DNA of 64,000 bases from Escherichia phage vB_EcoM_Lh1B, in sequence record OK428535.1, one strand, 5' to 3'. Under the pieces are notes generated by a model. The model saw only the letters and a list, made by a program, of their open reading frames with translations. It did no database searches and was not told the DNA's origin. Below, in pieces: positions 24,760 to 35,455 of the stretch (position 1 is its first letter; each line of letters begins with the position of its first letter). Position numbers and translations under genes: made by a program.

Positions 24760-25298
24760 AAATATTCATTGATTTACTCGATGACGAATTTCGTGAAATA
24801 TTTCCAGCGGCGTTGTTCGAGTTTAAGCGTAAGTGTGAAGACTATCTGATACCGAAGAATATCGATCGTCAACACCTCGCTGGACTTATCTCTGCGGCGT
24901 ACGTCAATATCGCGGTAAATGAAGTTCATCAACTCGCGCAACGTATTGCGTGTTTCGAATACAACGACGAAGACATTGAAGACGGCTTCCTGCAGTCTAA
25001 GATGGGTCGCTTCTCACTCGAACTCAAGACCGATGAGGTTATTGATAAGGTCGGTAAAGCCTTTGATGAAATGAAGGACATCGAAATGATGATTAAGATG
25101 TCTGGACCGGAAGCAGGCCCATTGAAAGAAGCGTGGGAACATCTCAACCGCGACGAGTATAAAGAGATGTACATGGGTGAGTTCACCACCATGCTACGTC
25201 ACCTCGAAGCACAGGTCTGGGAGCATATCGTTTCACGTCTGAAAGAAATACTGATTGTGATTGAGCCAATGCAGCCACTCGCTATTAGTAAATTCTAG
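24756..25298 (+). CDS. hypothetical protein (180 aa)
   Basis: ATGA overlap with upstream stop; followed by terminator. Confidence 0.65.
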   Translation: MKIFIDLLDDEFREIFPAALFEFKRKCEDYLIPKNIDRQHLAGLISAAYVNIAVNEVHQLAQRIACFEYNDEDIEDGFLQSKMGRFSLELKTDEVIDKVGKAFDEMKDIEMMIKMSGPEAGPLKEAWEHLNRDEYKEMYMGEFTTMLRHLEAQVWEHIVSRLKEILIVIEPMQPLAISKF

Positions 25299-25303
25299 TT
25301 AAA

Positions 25304-25338
25304 CGGACACTCTTCGGGGTGTCCGTAGTTTTATTTTA
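25304..25338 (+). terminator. intrinsic terminator
   Basis: CGGACAC-TCTTCGG-GGTGTCCG hairpin followed by TAGTTTTATTTT. Confidence 0.75.
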
Positions 25339-25352
25339 ATCGACCATTAATC
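25337..25352 (+). promoter_or_regulatory. class B upstream motif
   Basis: TAATCGACCATTAATC directly after terminator T-run. Confidence 0.45.
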
Positions 25353-25366
25353 TAAAGGAGTATTAA

Positions 25367-26290
25367 ATGGACAGCTTTCTTTTTGATTTGGCAGAATCGG
25401 TAAATGTAGATGTAATCGGTATGCGCGAATCCCCGAGTAATTTCTTAAACGGTCTTACTAAAATCGACGAACGTGTGAAATCCAGAAGTGGAGATCCCGC
25501 CATCATCGAGCAATACGCAATAGCCCATTGTGGCGAGATAGGCCAGCACTTTATACCGATTGAGGCGTTCCTAAAGAACTGCTTCGCCGAAGAATGCACC
25601 GCAGACTTCCTGTCTCTTGCCTACGGCTGGCGATACGGGGGTATCCAAATGGAATTTGATCTTAATATTTTTGAACAAGTTCTACTTGGCGACGTTCTCA
25701 CTGAGATACCACGCAGCTGGATAGACAAGATTCCCGGTTGGGCCGTCTCCTTTTCAGTGTGCTATCGCGCTAAAGATATCGGTATCCAAGAAAAGACTTA
25801 CGTTTTCGGTCGGCGAATGTTTAAAGGGAAAGATTGTTTAACAATGATGATTTTTGGAAAACGTATCGAGGGGGAAACCTTTGAAATCGTGGACGTGGGT
25901 GACGGCTTTGTATCCTTGCGTGTGGCGGAAACTGGTACGCCGGCCAATGAGAAAACGTTACGCATTGTCGGCGCTACCATGTTTACATTCTCACTGATCC
26001 CGCACAACCCTACACCCGTCAAACTGAGACAATTAACTGGAAAGAAACGTATCGCCAATTACCACATTGAACCAAAATCTAAACCGACTGTCCTCTCCAC
26101 CGTAAAAGCACAAAGCGAGTATCTTGAAGAATTTGATACTGATACGGAGAAAAGAACACAAGGTAGCAGATGTGCGCATATGCGTCGTGCACACTGGTGT
26201 ACTTACTGGCTCGGTCCACGTGACGGGAATCGGACAAAGATTTTGAAATGGATACCGCCGACATTTGTCAACGGTTCTAAATGCAAATAA
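25367..26290 (+). CDS. hypothetical protein (307 aa)
   Basis: AAAGGAG upstream; Cys/His-containing C-terminus; ends at bidirectional terminator. Confidence 0.7.
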   Translation: MDSFLFDLAESVNVDVIGMRESPSNFLNGLTKIDERVKSRSGDPAIIEQYAIAHCGEIGQHFIPIEAFLKNCFAEECTADFLSLAYGWRYGGIQMEFDLNIFEQVLLGDVLTEIPRSWIDKIPGWAVSFSVCYRAKDIGIQEKTYVFGRRMFKGKDCLTMMIFGKRIEGETFEIVDVGDGFVSLRVAETGTPANEKTLRIVGATMFTFSLIPHNPTPVKLRQLTGKKRIANYHIEPKSKPTVLSTVKAQSEYLEEFDTDTEKRTQGSRCAHMRRAHWCTYWLGPRDGNRTKILKWIPPTFVNGSKCK

Positions 26291-26294
26291 AATA

Positions 26295-26350
26295 AAGCCT
26301 ACCCACTCCCGTAAGGGGAGTGGGTACTGCTTACTTNNTNTTTATTTTTT
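26295..26350. terminator. bidirectional intrinsic terminator
   Basis: CCCACTCCC-GTAA-GGGGAGTGGG hairpin with A-run upstream and T-run downstream, between convergent genes. Confidence 0.7.
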
Positions 26351-27097
26351 GTTTGCTTTCAGGGTCTTGAGGCGATCACCGGTTACGTTCAGACATTCTG
26401 TCAGTTCATTAATCTGTTTCATAAACAGTCCGAACAGCTCAACCCAGTCAGCACCCATGTCAGCCATTTTCACTAACTCTGCCGCCACATTAGGATGGAC
26501 TTGTGAATTAGAGATAATGTCTACAGAGACGTTGATGCTTTCAACTGTACGGTCAATACCTTTCTGGAGTTTCTTAGTCACTTCCAGGTTCAGCGCTTTG
26601 GCACGATTAAACGCAACGTCAATCTCACCTGCACTGTGGTAGGTCTTTTCAATCGCACGCTGGTCGATCACATTGTTGGTGTACGACTTCGCCAGTTTTT
26701 CAACCAGGTCTTTCGGATTGATGTTTTTCAGTGGATAGTTCAGGTCTTTGAACTTAAACCNAATCGNNNGAGTTAACATGCCCNGGTCGTGTGTCATCGC
26801 GCCGAAACGTTTGTCGATGGGACTTAAAACCCCTTCCTGAATCTTCTGGAGCACAGCCCATACAGATTCCAACCGTTCTATGTGGTCCATCACATACGTG
26901 TTGAAGCCCGGTGGTACGGGTACAAGCATTCCGGTAAAGTTTAAAAACTTCTCTTGCTGCATCCACTTGGACACATCAGACATGTCGTCATAGGTGGTCA
27001 GCGCGAGTTCCTGTTGAGAGCCGCTGAAGGCTTTAGGCAGAATCGTGGATGCTTTGGCAACAAAGCCCGACAACGCTGCAAGTGGATTAACATTCAT
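26342..27097 (-). CDS. hypothetical protein (251 aa)
   Basis: Minus-strand ORF; stop embedded in bidirectional terminator T-run. Confidence 0.7.
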   Translation of the reverse strand: MNVNPLAALSGFVAKASTILPKAFSGSQQELALTTYDDMSDVSKWMQQEKFLNFTGMLVPVPPGFNTYVMDHIERLESVWAVLQKIQEGVLSPIDKRFGAMTHDXGMLTXXIXFKFKDLNYPLKNINPKDLVEKLAKSYTNNVIDQRAIEKTYHSAGEIDVAFNRAKALNLEVTKKLQKGIDRTVESINVSVDIISNSQVHPNVAAELVKMADMGADWVELFGLFMKQINELTECLNVTGDRLKTLKANKK

Positions 27098-27195
27098 TCT
27101 ATCAACCTCGAATATATAAGGGATTGGGCTACATAGTAAGTCTTTTACGTATCACCCAAACCTTATGTACGAGAACTGCAAAAAGGTAACACCTG

Positions 27196-27495
27196 ATGAA
27201 AATCAAATTACTGACTCGTGCTTTAACCTCTCGTATCGAACCTGAGATTTACACCACCCCGACGAAGAAGAATACCGATGGTAGTCCGATCGTGGTTGGT
27301 AAAATCCTGAACGTGACCACACGTGCTGATGGTCAACGCGTTCTGGAAATCGAAATCGACGAACGTAACCGTAACCGCTTCAAAAGCATTTCTAACATCA
27401 ATCCTAAGGATGACAACCAAGTCACCGAGTGGGCAGAAGTGCATTTCGAAGTTTGGCATAAACGTCGTCTGTTACTCCCACTGAAAAAACGCTAA
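27196..27495 (+). CDS. hypothetical protein (99 aa)
   Basis: ORF track; basic C-terminus. Confidence 0.6.
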   Translation: MKIKLLTRALTSRIEPEIYTTPTKKNTDGSPIVVGKILNVTTRADGQRVLEIEIDERNRNRFKSISNINPKDDNQVTEWAEVHFEVWHKRRLLLPLKKR

Positions 27496-27510
27496 TTGAC
27501 GGNGCGNTAA

Positions 27511-29004
27511 ATGGCAGGTCCAGCTAAACAAGTCATGGGTGAAGTGATTCGCCCTCGTTTTAACGTATATACCATCATGGACCACGCTCTCGGTAACTAC
27601 GAGCGCGGGGAAGATGGTTTGTACTACCTCAACGGTGGTTTTGCCCACATCATGGGCTTCGCAGGTCGTGGGAATACCTTTAAGTCTACCTTATTGGACT
27701 TCTGTATTTTCATGATTCTGCAACGTTATAATGCAGCCTGGGGATCGAAATACGATACCGAAGTTACGGCAGCATTAAGTCGTCTGGAAACGGGGTACAT
27801 TTCCGCAGCGAAAGCAAACGGATTAGAAGTATCGCCAACAGGCGGCGTGCTGGACCTGATCCACGAAGGTCGTTACAACATGGTTGGCTCGGATATCATG
27901 GCGGGTGAGGAGTATTACTCTGCTTATATCCGTGACGAAGTCGAAAAACGTTTCAAAGAGTATATGGCTGGTAAGGCACGTGAAACACCGTTCCCGGACC
28001 CAATCCGTCGCTCTGCGAAAAAGATTCTCGACCCGTGGTTGTACTCGATTGACTCCCTGTCCGAATGGCACACCTCTTCCCTGGAAGAGAAACACGCCAA
28101 ATCAGAAGTCGGTGATTCTGAACAGAACATCCTGAACGCCCACGATGCGCTGCAGAAATCGAACATGATGAGCCGTTGGCCGTCTGCGTTTGCGCGTGGT
28201 GGTTTCTATATGGGCTTCGTTGCTCAGTTGGCCGACGATGCGGGNAAAGCAATGGCGGCAGGTGGCCGGGGTGGACCGAAGGCGAACGGTAAACTGTTGG
28301 ACGATGCAGGCGATGATCTGAAGTTTGCGGGTATCCCGCGCCGTCAGTTGTCGTTCTTAACTAACTCCCTGCTGGTTGCAACCAAGTCTGGTGAGTTGAA
28401 GCAGGATCAGACTTACAACGCGAAGACCGGTGTAAACGAAGAGAAATACCCGACTGCGCGTTCGAAAGCAATGAATGCTTCGGTGAACGACCTGAAAGAA
28501 ATTGTTTTCACGCAGTACCGTGCGAAGGGTGGTCACACAGGCGTTAAGTTCAAAATGGTCTTCTCGCAGGAGATGGGTCTGCTTTATCACCTCTCTCTGT
28601 GGCATTACCTGAGCGACACACTGAAAGATGAATGGGGCTACAAACGTAGTGGTGCTAACTATACCCTCGATTTGCTACCTGGTACATCTTTCATGCGTAC
28701 CACGATTCGCGACATGTGTGACAGCAACCCGCGTTTGCGCCGTGCGTTGGAAATCACCGCCGCACTAGCGTACATGCAGAATAACTACCACCGACTGGAA
28801 ATGAAGTACCATCTCTCACCGGCGGAGCTTTATAAAGTTATCGACGAAAAGTGGGACTGGAATGAAATTCTGGACAATACAGTGGAATACTGGATGTTCA
28901 AGGATCAGGAAGTCAAAGGTGGTAAGCGTTGCTTAACAGCAATGTCATTACTGGCGATGGCCGTGGATGGTCTGGAACCTAAGTTCTTGACTAAGAAGAA
29001 ATAA
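27511..29004 (+). CDS. hypothetical protein (497 aa)
   Basis: Long ORF followed by terminator; no confident motif. Confidence 0.75.
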   Translation: MAGPAKQVMGEVIRPRFNVYTIMDHALGNYERGEDGLYYLNGGFAHIMGFAGRGNTFKSTLLDFCIFMILQRYNAAWGSKYDTEVTAALSRLETGYISAAKANGLEVSPTGGVLDLIHEGRYNMVGSDIMAGEEYYSAYIRDEVEKRFKEYMAGKARETPFPDPIRRSAKKILDPWLYSIDSLSEWHTSSLEEKHAKSEVGDSEQNILNAHDALQKSNMMSRWPSAFARGGFYMGFVAQLADDAXKAMAAGGRGGPKANGKLLDDAGDDLKFAGIPRRQLSFLTNSLLVATKSGELKQDQTYNAKTGVNEEKYPTARSKAMNASVNDLKEIVFTQYRAKGGHTGVKFKMVFSQEMGLLYHLSLWHYLSDTLKDEWGYKRSGANYTLDLLPGTSFMRTTIRDMCDSNPRLRRALEITAALAYMQNNYHRLEMKYHLSPAELYKVIDEKWDWNEILDNTVEYWMFKDQEVKGGKRCLTAMSLLAMAVDGLEPKFLTKKK

Positions 29005-29007
29005 GCA

Positions 29008-29038
29008 TGGGCGGGGCAACCCGCCTGTTTTTTCCCCT
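29008..29038 (+). terminator. intrinsic terminator
   Basis: GGCGGG-GCAA-CCCGCC hairpin followed by TGTTTTTTCC. Confidence 0.7.
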
Positions 29039-29049
29039 NAGGATTAGCG

Positions 29050-29325
29050 ATGCGTTATCAGAAAGATATTGTAGAGCGTCTGTGTCTGGGTCTCGCTGGT
29101 ATTAGCCAGGAACTTAGCACCGCGTTCCATAACGAGTTCTCAGCACCGCGACATGCACTGTCTGAATTTAGTCATCAGGTAAATGCCCATTACGGCAACC
29201 TGATTAATGATAAACCGAAGGTTGATGCGGTCGGTGTGCCTGAACACAATGAAGATATCCCGTACTGGATTGAAGACCTGGAACGTGTGGTTCTTCCAGT
29301 GCTCCGTGAGAGGATGAAAAAATGA
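29050..29325 (+). CDS. hypothetical protein (91 aa)
   Basis: ORF track; ATGA-type overlap with next gene. Confidence 0.55.
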   Translation: MRYQKDIVERLCLGLAGISQELSTAFHNEFSAPRHALSEFSHQVNAHYGNLINDKPKVDAVGVPEHNEDIPYWIEDLERVVLPVLRERMKK

Positions 29326-29990
29326 GATTAGACCCGGCACGGCGAAAAAAAGCAGAAGCTTATGCTTTACAGTTACTGAACTTAGTTGACCCGACCGGGA
29401 TTAACGCGGAAGCTGCCAAGCGCGCTTTCTCACGAATGTCTGACGAAGAGTTCAATCGTCTGCGCGAAGGGTTGCCTGTTTACAACCCAACTGGTGNCAA
29501 GGTCAAAATTGACCATATGCGCAATATTAAAATTTGCGAAGCGATGGGACTGAACTTGTGTCAGCGCCTGTGGCTCACGGAACCGAAAACCGGTATCCTG
29601 CAGCGTACCCGTTACCCCCATTTAGTCTTCCGCCTGCCTGCACGTCGCCAGACGCAGATGCAAGAGAAGAAAATGGCGGTGGCGAAGAACGATAAAGTCC
29701 GCGATAAACTCTCAGGTCAGGTAGTAGGGCCTTCCAAAGCTTCGGGTGTTTCGTTTCCAGAAGCGTACATCATGTACTCGGATGGACACGACTCAACGCT
29801 CCAGGAGTTCCTGTGGGCGCGTGGTGGTAACGATACGTTACAACGTGCGTTCTATCAATCGCTACGGCAAACCGGTAAAGGTCGCATCAACCTGGAAGGG
29901 GCTGAGCGTACCAGTTCAAAAGCGCCGCGTACATGGTCTTCGTACTTTAAAGCAATGCACATCGGTAACAACTTAGGACGCCCGGAATGA
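29322..29990 (+). CDS. hypothetical protein (222 aa)
   Basis: ORF track; overlapping start/stop chain. Confidence 0.65.
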   Translation: MRLDPARRKKAEAYALQLLNLVDPTGINAEAAKRAFSRMSDEEFNRLREGLPVYNPTGXKVKIDHMRNIKICEAMGLNLCQRLWLTEPKTGILQRTRYPHLVFRLPARRQTQMQEKKMAVAKNDKVRDKLSGQVVGPSKASGVSFPEAYIMYSDGHDSTLQEFLWARGGNDTLQRAFYQSLRQTGKGRINLEGAERTSSKAPRTWSSYFKAMHIGNNLGRPE

Positions 29991-30715
29991 GATTAGGACG
30001 CCGTTTCTTAGTCGATATCGACACAATCTTCGATACACGAATTGGTTGGGCGAAAGTGTTGCAGCCTGATGTATTAGAGAAGCTTGATTTAGAAGTGTAT
30101 CGGATGCGGTTCACGGATGCGTGGGCCGAAGTGGTAGGAATTCAGGACTGGAATAAAAAGTTCGCGGAGCGTGATAAACGCGCGTTGCAGAACGCGCAGC
30201 CAACAGAAATGTTGCTTACGCTAAAGAACGAAGTACAGGCAATGTTAATGACGATACAGATGCACGCTCCTATCGAGCGACCAGTCTTAACGTTTAACCT
30301 GTGGCCGTACGCCGATCTCGATGATGAAGAACGTCATGCGTTTTTGGAAGAACTGCGTTACTACTATAACGAAGTGCAAGTAGACGTCGTTGTTATTCCT
30401 CACAGCGATCTTACACCAGGACGACTTGCTTCGGCGTGGGACGGTTGGATAATGTACGACTGGTACCCGTGGATAGAACAACACGCGGGCCATTTCCAGA
30501 AACCGATTCCGGACTTCACTATTACCCGACCGAGTATGCTGACCAGCGAATTAACGGAAGAAGCCATCGCGCAAATAAAAAGAGATAAGGTGAACCCCTT
30601 TAAGGAGTCCACCCGTTTTCTTGCTCAGTACGTCGGTACTGACGTAAAGGACACTGCGCTGTTTAGTCTTCGTCGTCATCAGCAGGACGACGACTCGCAA
30701 ACGCAGACGCCATGA
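29987..30715 (+). CDS. hypothetical protein (242 aa)
   Basis: ORF track; 3' end overlaps convergent minus-strand ORF. Confidence 0.65.
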   Translation: MRLGRRFLVDIDTIFDTRIGWAKVLQPDVLEKLDLEVYRMRFTDAWAEVVGIQDWNKKFAERDKRALQNAQPTEMLLTLKNEVQAMLMTIQMHAPIERPVLTFNLWPYADLDDEERHAFLEELRYYYNEVQVDVVVIPHSDLTPGRLASAWDGWIMYDWYPWIEQHAGHFQKPIPDFTITRPSMLTSELTEEAIAQIKRDKVNPFKESTRFLAQYVGTDVKDTALFSLRRHQQDDDSQTQTP

Positions 30716-31133
30716 TCTGGTCAACGTCAATCTTTTCGCCTACTGGTGCCAACTCACCTTCTTTCGGAGGCCGTACTGCGGCAATCTGTGGGACGGTGGG
30801 TTGGTATCCGTTATTTAAATCTTCTTCATCGTCGTGACGTTTGATACCAACGCCAGCACGGGTCATTAAGAAGCCGTTTAAACTGTTGGCCAAATNTTGA
30901 GTCGCCTCAGCGCCTTTCNCAGCAGCTTTAATTTTCCGCTTCGTCATGACCTGTTTGTCGATGCCGTTGATTAGGCGTTCGATTCGGTCGACGGCTTTTA
31001 AGTCTTTGTGTACTTCACCGTCGTTCACCATATCCGTGACGAGCTTAACGCGTAGCTGTTGTGTTTGGCGGAGAAGCGAATCTTCGTTGTCCACATCTCC
31101 GTCGAACGCTTGGTATTTCACTTCTTCGCTCAT
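30663..31133 (-). CDS. hypothetical acidic protein (156 aa)
   Basis: Minus-strand ORF; acidic N- and C-termini; GAGG on minus strand upstream of start. Confidence 0.55.
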   Translation of the reverse strand: MSEEVKYQAFDGDVDNEDSLLRQTQQLRVKLVTDMVNDGEVHKDLKAVDRIERLINGIDKQVMTKRKIKAAXKGAEATQXLANSLNGFLMTRAGVGIKRHDDEEDLNNGYQPTVPQIAAVRPPKEGELAPVGEKIDVDQIMASAFASRRPADDDED

Positions 31134-31157
31134 GGGATAACCTCATCTCAAAAAGAA

Positions 31158-31184
31158 CTCAGACAGATATTATCTATCCGAGAC
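31158..31184 (+). promoter_or_regulatory. class A upstream motif (phage promoter-like)
   Basis: CTCAGACAGATATTATCTATCCGAGAC preceded by AAAAGAACT as at 62806. Confidence 0.45.
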
Positions 31185-31209
31185 AACATCTCATAATAGG
31201 ATAACACCT

Positions 31210-31740
31210 ATGCTTTTTAAATGGCTTTCAACACTCCTGCGTCGTAAGGCTGTAGAAGCTCGCAGACGCTCTTTGGAGGCTGAGTTTCATAAGAATACCC
31301 ATAACACCCTACACAGAGTGATGGTGGGCTTAGAACTCATTACAGAGCCTCTGGAATATAATGGGAAAGAATACCTTCCTTTTTCATTGCGTGGACAACT
31401 CGAATTACGTATTCGAGATTTTGACACGTTGGTGGAGCGATTGGAATTCTTCATTTCTGAGTATAACCGTGTATCCAGTAGCAACATTCCCAATCAACGT
31501 TGGTTAGAGTTGCCTGAGGCAATCGATAGAAAAGGAGAGAGTTCAGAACCACGATGGCTTGATCATTATTTCGGTGCATCCGATCCTGAAGTCGCGCGCG
31601 AAAAACTGCGCACAGTCTTCGCTATGTTAGAACTGTATCAGCGTGCATTTGATAAACAAACACCCGAACAGGATACGCTGTTTAATCAAACCGCACATAT
31701 CTTCCGCGAGTTAGAAGTGATAGTGGAACACTATCTCTAA
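31210..31740 (+). CDS. hypothetical protein (176 aa)
   Basis: ORF track; preceded by class A motif. Confidence 0.65.
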   Translation: MLFKWLSTLLRRKAVEARRRSLEAEFHKNTHNTLHRVMVGLELITEPLEYNGKEYLPFSLRGQLELRIRDFDTLVERLEFFISEYNRVSSSNIPNQRWLELPEAIDRKGESSEPRWLDHYFGASDPEVAREKLRTVFAMLELYQRAFDKQTPEQDTLFNQTAHIFRELEVIVEHYL

Positions 31741-31773
31741 CTTTTAATCTATTCCCTTGTAACAAGGTGATGT

Positions 31774-32652
31774 ATGGATGATGAGAAAAAGCCGCCGCTG
31801 AATAGCACACGCGAGCAAATTTGGCACGGTACGCCACCGGCGTCAGATTCCAGCTACCCGTTAAGGAAAGCTTATTGGAATCTGGTTAAGTTGATGGGTA
31901 TTAGCGACGGGATATGGAAAGACCTTATCCGTCAACATGTCAACGACCCGGAGTATCTGAAACAGTTTCGCGACAGCAAACTGACCACGATGACCGACCG
32001 CGTTAACCGGCTGAACACCTCACTTACGGGTGGTTCGGTACGTAACCTGACAGTCGATTTTACGTGGAAACGTTTCATCGAGGGATTAGTTATCCTGGAG
32101 ATGCAAACGCTAACAGTCACCCTGCTGACTAAGCGGGGAAGCTTTGACACGAAGTGTTTTGTATTCGACAGTACGTTTGTGCGTGAGGACTTCATTAAGA
32201 ACTTACGTAATGAGAACAGGAAGAAACGTAAAGAGCGTTTCGAGCATCCTGCATCTCACGACGTTAACGAGTATGTCGCGAATATCGACCACACTATCGA
32301 ACATGTGATGAAGCACATTCTCCTGCGTTTAATCTACAAAGTTATTCGTGGGTATAAAATCGATGGTGATAAACTGGAACGGTGGACGACGAACTACGTC
32401 AACAACCCTAAGTTGTGCCCAGGCACATCATCCAAACGTGGGGACAGACGAAACAACATGAAACAGGCGATGCGTCACACCGAGGCAATCACCTGGCGTT
32501 GGTTTCTAATAATCTTACAAGCGCTGGACGTACGTGAGTTCGAAATCACTTTCAAAGTTCGTCATCGTAGTGGTAGAGAATATGAGGTCAGCGACGACGT
32601 TCCGTTAGCGACGTATAGATTCTGGAGTTCCAATGAAACTGAACAACCTTGA
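31774..32652 (+). CDS. hypothetical protein (292 aa)
   Basis: ORF track. Confidence 0.7.
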   Translation: MDDEKKPPLNSTREQIWHGTPPASDSSYPLRKAYWNLVKLMGISDGIWKDLIRQHVNDPEYLKQFRDSKLTTMTDRVNRLNTSLTGGSVRNLTVDFTWKRFIEGLVILEMQTLTVTLLTKRGSFDTKCFVFDSTFVREDFIKNLRNENRKKRKERFEHPASHDVNEYVANIDHTIEHVMKHILLRLIYKVIRGYKIDGDKLERWTTNYVNNPKLCPGTSSKRGDRRNNMKQAMRHTEAITWRWFLIILQALDVREFEITFKVRHRSGREYEVSDDVPLATYRFWSSNETEQP

Positions 32653-33907
32653 TGGGATTACCAACCAGATAAGCAGCACAACGGGCGCAATAGAGAACAA
32701 AGTTAACGATGTTCAAAACCGTGTCCAGTCAACGATTGGTAATGCCGAGCGCGGTATTGAAAGTGCTCAAAATTTGTACAATAACGTAACCGCCAAAGCA
32801 GGGGAAACTTTCGACAAGATCTCCAACATTGGCAACACGATAAGTGAAAAATTTGGTAACGTGTTCGGGGGCGGCGACCAAGTCACGGTAGGTGGTAAAA
32901 AGGCAGCAGGTTCAGCGGCTTCCGGAGTATCGCCGCCACAACGTGTGCCTACTTTTGCTTCCAACACGAAAGAAGCGCTGCCAGTTATCGATCCACAGAA
33001 GCGCGATGTGTCTGAACCCTTTCAGAAGGTAAACCAGGAAGGGAAAACTGCACTGAGCTATCTCTCACCGGGCGGCGCAGGTAGTCTGTTAAGTAAGGGA
33101 TGGGATACACTGACTGATCTTCGCGATAGTGCTTTAAGCGCGGTCGGGACAGATTATGCGTCAGTGAAAGCTCGCCTGGAGTCCACGATGAACATCGCGG
33201 GACAGCTTGCCAAACTACCTGGTGAGGTACAGCGTGAAATCGGTAACTACGTCGATATGGCCAATAGCGCCAAGTGGCAAGTCACCGCACTGATTGACGA
33301 TGTTACGCACACGTTTGATAGCTTTAAGGACCTGGACGACTTCTTGTCTATCGACGGGATCATTGATAGCTTTACGGGCGGGAGTGGGAATTTCTCCTCG
33401 CTGGATATCAACACCTCGTCTGCGTTGATATACGGTATGTCCACAAAGCTCAATCAATACGGTCTGCCGAATCGCATCGATCCGATGATTCAGGCTATCA
33501 CCGATCCTATTGCACAACAAGCGTTGTACGGCGAACTGATGATACAGGCTGCGGCTGCGGGCAATCTCAATTCTGTTGAGTATTACTTGCCTAAACTACA
33601 GCCAGGTCAAGGTGCTGAGATTGCAGATACTGTTATTCAGAATCTTCTGATGAACCTTAACGTTGAGCCGGGGGTGGGTTACAGCACCTACGGTCAGCGA
33701 CTGTTGACGTTGTTTAATGCGCTTAATCCAAACTGGGATATCTCTAAAACGAATCCTGGAATGGTTGAGCTTAAGCTTTACACGTACGCCAACAGTAATG
33801 CGATTCAAGCACTCCTGACCACCGAGAAACGTCCGTACGTTATCGCCGGTGGTAGTGTCCAATATCAGTCTGCCAGTACGCTGGTGCAGAGCTATTTCGC
33901 CTTGTAA
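32633..33907 (+). CDS. hypothetical protein (424 aa), possibly structural
   Basis: Long ORF; Gly/Ser/Thr/Asn-rich composition. Confidence 0.7.
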   Translation: MKLNNLDGITNQISSTTGAIENKVNDVQNRVQSTIGNAERGIESAQNLYNNVTAKAGETFDKISNIGNTISEKFGNVFGGGDQVTVGGKKAAGSAASGVSPPQRVPTFASNTKEALPVIDPQKRDVSEPFQKVNQEGKTALSYLSPGGAGSLLSKGWDTLTDLRDSALSAVGTDYASVKARLESTMNIAGQLAKLPGEVQREIGNYVDMANSAKWQVTALIDDVTHTFDSFKDLDDFLSIDGIIDSFTGGSGNFSSLDINTSSALIYGMSTKLNQYGLPNRIDPMIQAITDPIAQQALYGELMIQAAAAGNLNSVEYYLPKLQPGQGAEIADTVIQNLLMNLNVEPGVGYSTYGQRLLTLFNALNPNWDISKTNPGMVELKLYTYANSNAIQALLTTEKRPYVIAGGSVQYQSASTLVQSYFAL

Positions 33908-33916
33908 GGTACCTCT

Positions 33917-34768
33917 ATGTCGAAAGATGAAGGTAAGTTTTTGCGTAGTGCGTTGGAACGTCTACGTGTCGATGGTGCATCGGTGGATGCTTTGGCGGCT
34001 GCTTTTGGGTTTACGTTGCCCGCCTCGGTAGAAGCCACATATCCTGTTTTACGTCCCATCCTACCACCAGAAGAAAAGGAAGCCTTTGTACGCTATTTAC
34101 TGCGTATGGGTTACCAGAGTACCTTGGTGGATATCACGCCGTCTACAGACGGTCTGAATCACTTCAACATCTATTCGCAGGGGCGAACTGAGATAGGTCG
34201 GATGGCGAGTAACTTCTATGCTCGCCCTGGTGAGTATTTTGTTACCCCCCACGGACCTTTCCGGACGCTCGAAGGTTATTATCATTACCTGCGTATTCTG
34301 GATTACTTAATGCGTGAAATTNATAACCGCACTTTGGTGATGGAATTTGATATCATGNNACAGGCAGTGAACACCTGGCCTGATATTGAGAAGTTGCGTG
34401 CACTAGATGGCACCGACTGTATCCGGCTAGGTCGTAATCTGAAAGCGGAAATCTACGGAGGAACCAGTTATAAGCCCGGTTCATTTACCCCGGTTACAGA
34501 AAGCCGCTTTATCCATGCGCTGGTAAATAAACTCTTTATACTGTCGGTCGACGGGACATCGTTAGGTAATGTATTTGCAGAGATTCTGCGAGCACGTATC
34601 CCGCTTAAGCATTATTACATGATGCAAGGGCGTAAGATATTCCCAGCACACTGGGACTGGCTACCAAATCTGATTGAGATGATAGCTGAACATATCGATC
34701 CTGAGGACAGTACGTTTGATCGAACCGAACTTTTGAAGAAACTAGGAATCGATGATGGGACTATTTGA
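33917..34768 (+). CDS. hypothetical protein (283 aa)
   Basis: ORF track. Confidence 0.7.
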   Translation: MSKDEGKFLRSALERLRVDGASVDALAAAFGFTLPASVEATYPVLRPILPPEEKEAFVRYLLRMGYQSTLVDITPSTDGLNHFNIYSQGRTEIGRMASNFYARPGEYFVTPHGPFRTLEGYYHYLRILDYLMREIXNRTLVMEFDIMXQAVNTWPDIEKLRALDGTDCIRLGRNLKAEIYGGTSYKPGSFTPVTESRFIHALVNKLFILSVDGTSLGNVFAEILRARIPLKHYYMMQGRKIFPAHWDWLPNLIEMIAEHIDPEDSTFDRTELLKKLGIDDGTI

Positions 34769-35414
34769 TATTCTCAAAAACTTAGACGAGCAGCAGGAAA
34801 AAGAAGTCATTACTGTTGCGCGTGAGTCCATCTCTACGGAGAAGGAACGTGAGTATTGCATGTGGGTTAAACCCACTGAAGAAGGTTGGCAATGGCTGTT
34901 TGGTCAGACAGGTGAAACGTTCCTGGATGTGATTATGCCGGTCGTTAACGGCAAACGTCGTGTGCGGTTGTCCACCGATAAAACCGCAGTGTTGACGTTA
35001 AAACGGCAAGCATCTGACGGACGTATCGAAGAGAACTCGGATATCGGGTTTGCTTCGGGTCTGACCTTCTACGAAGATGGCAATCTTGCACATCTCGTGC
35101 GTCGTATCAAACTCGAACCAGGTGAACTGGCAGAGCAAGGTGCGAAGCATTGGGATATTGATCTGTTCTTTAAACTGGCAGGTCACCCAGTTATCGAATC
35201 GCAGGCAGGTTTCGAAGACCTTGTCAACGAACTGCGCGACTCCACGACATTCGGCGAGTGGGTAAAAGTCGAACTGGAAGTTGAGCGATTTGAGCTGACG
35301 TCTATCAAGGACGTATTGCCGTTTGCAGTAGAAGACGCTATTCCAGGCAACCCGTCGGATGCTGAAGCCCAGGAAGTCATTCGGAACTACTGGGATAATG
35401 AAACCCGCATCTAA
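34752..35414 (+). CDS. hypothetical protein (220 aa)
   Basis: ORF track; followed by terminator. Confidence 0.65.
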   Translation: MMGLFDILKNLDEQQEKEVITVARESISTEKEREYCMWVKPTEEGWQWLFGQTGETFLDVIMPVVNGKRRVRLSTDKTAVLTLKRQASDGRIEENSDIGFASGLTFYEDGNLAHLVRRIKLEPGELAEQGAKHWDIDLFFKLAGHPVIESQAGFEDLVNELRDSTTFGEWVKVELEVERFELTSIKDVLPFAVEDAIPGNPSDAEAQEVIRNYWDNETRI

Positions 35415-35420
35415 GTCGTG

Positions 35421-35455
35421 CCCTCTCCTTCGGGAGAGGGTATCTTTATTTTTTA
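35421..35455 (+). terminator. intrinsic terminator
   Basis: CCCTCTCC-TTCG-GGAGAGGG hairpin followed by TATCTTTATTTTTT. Confidence 0.75.

Noticed and set aside
27511-29004. Terminase large subunit or major capsid identity for the 497-aa protein
   Set aside because: GRGNTFKST is not a canonical Walker A and no Walker B or nuclease motifs follow; left as hypothetical.
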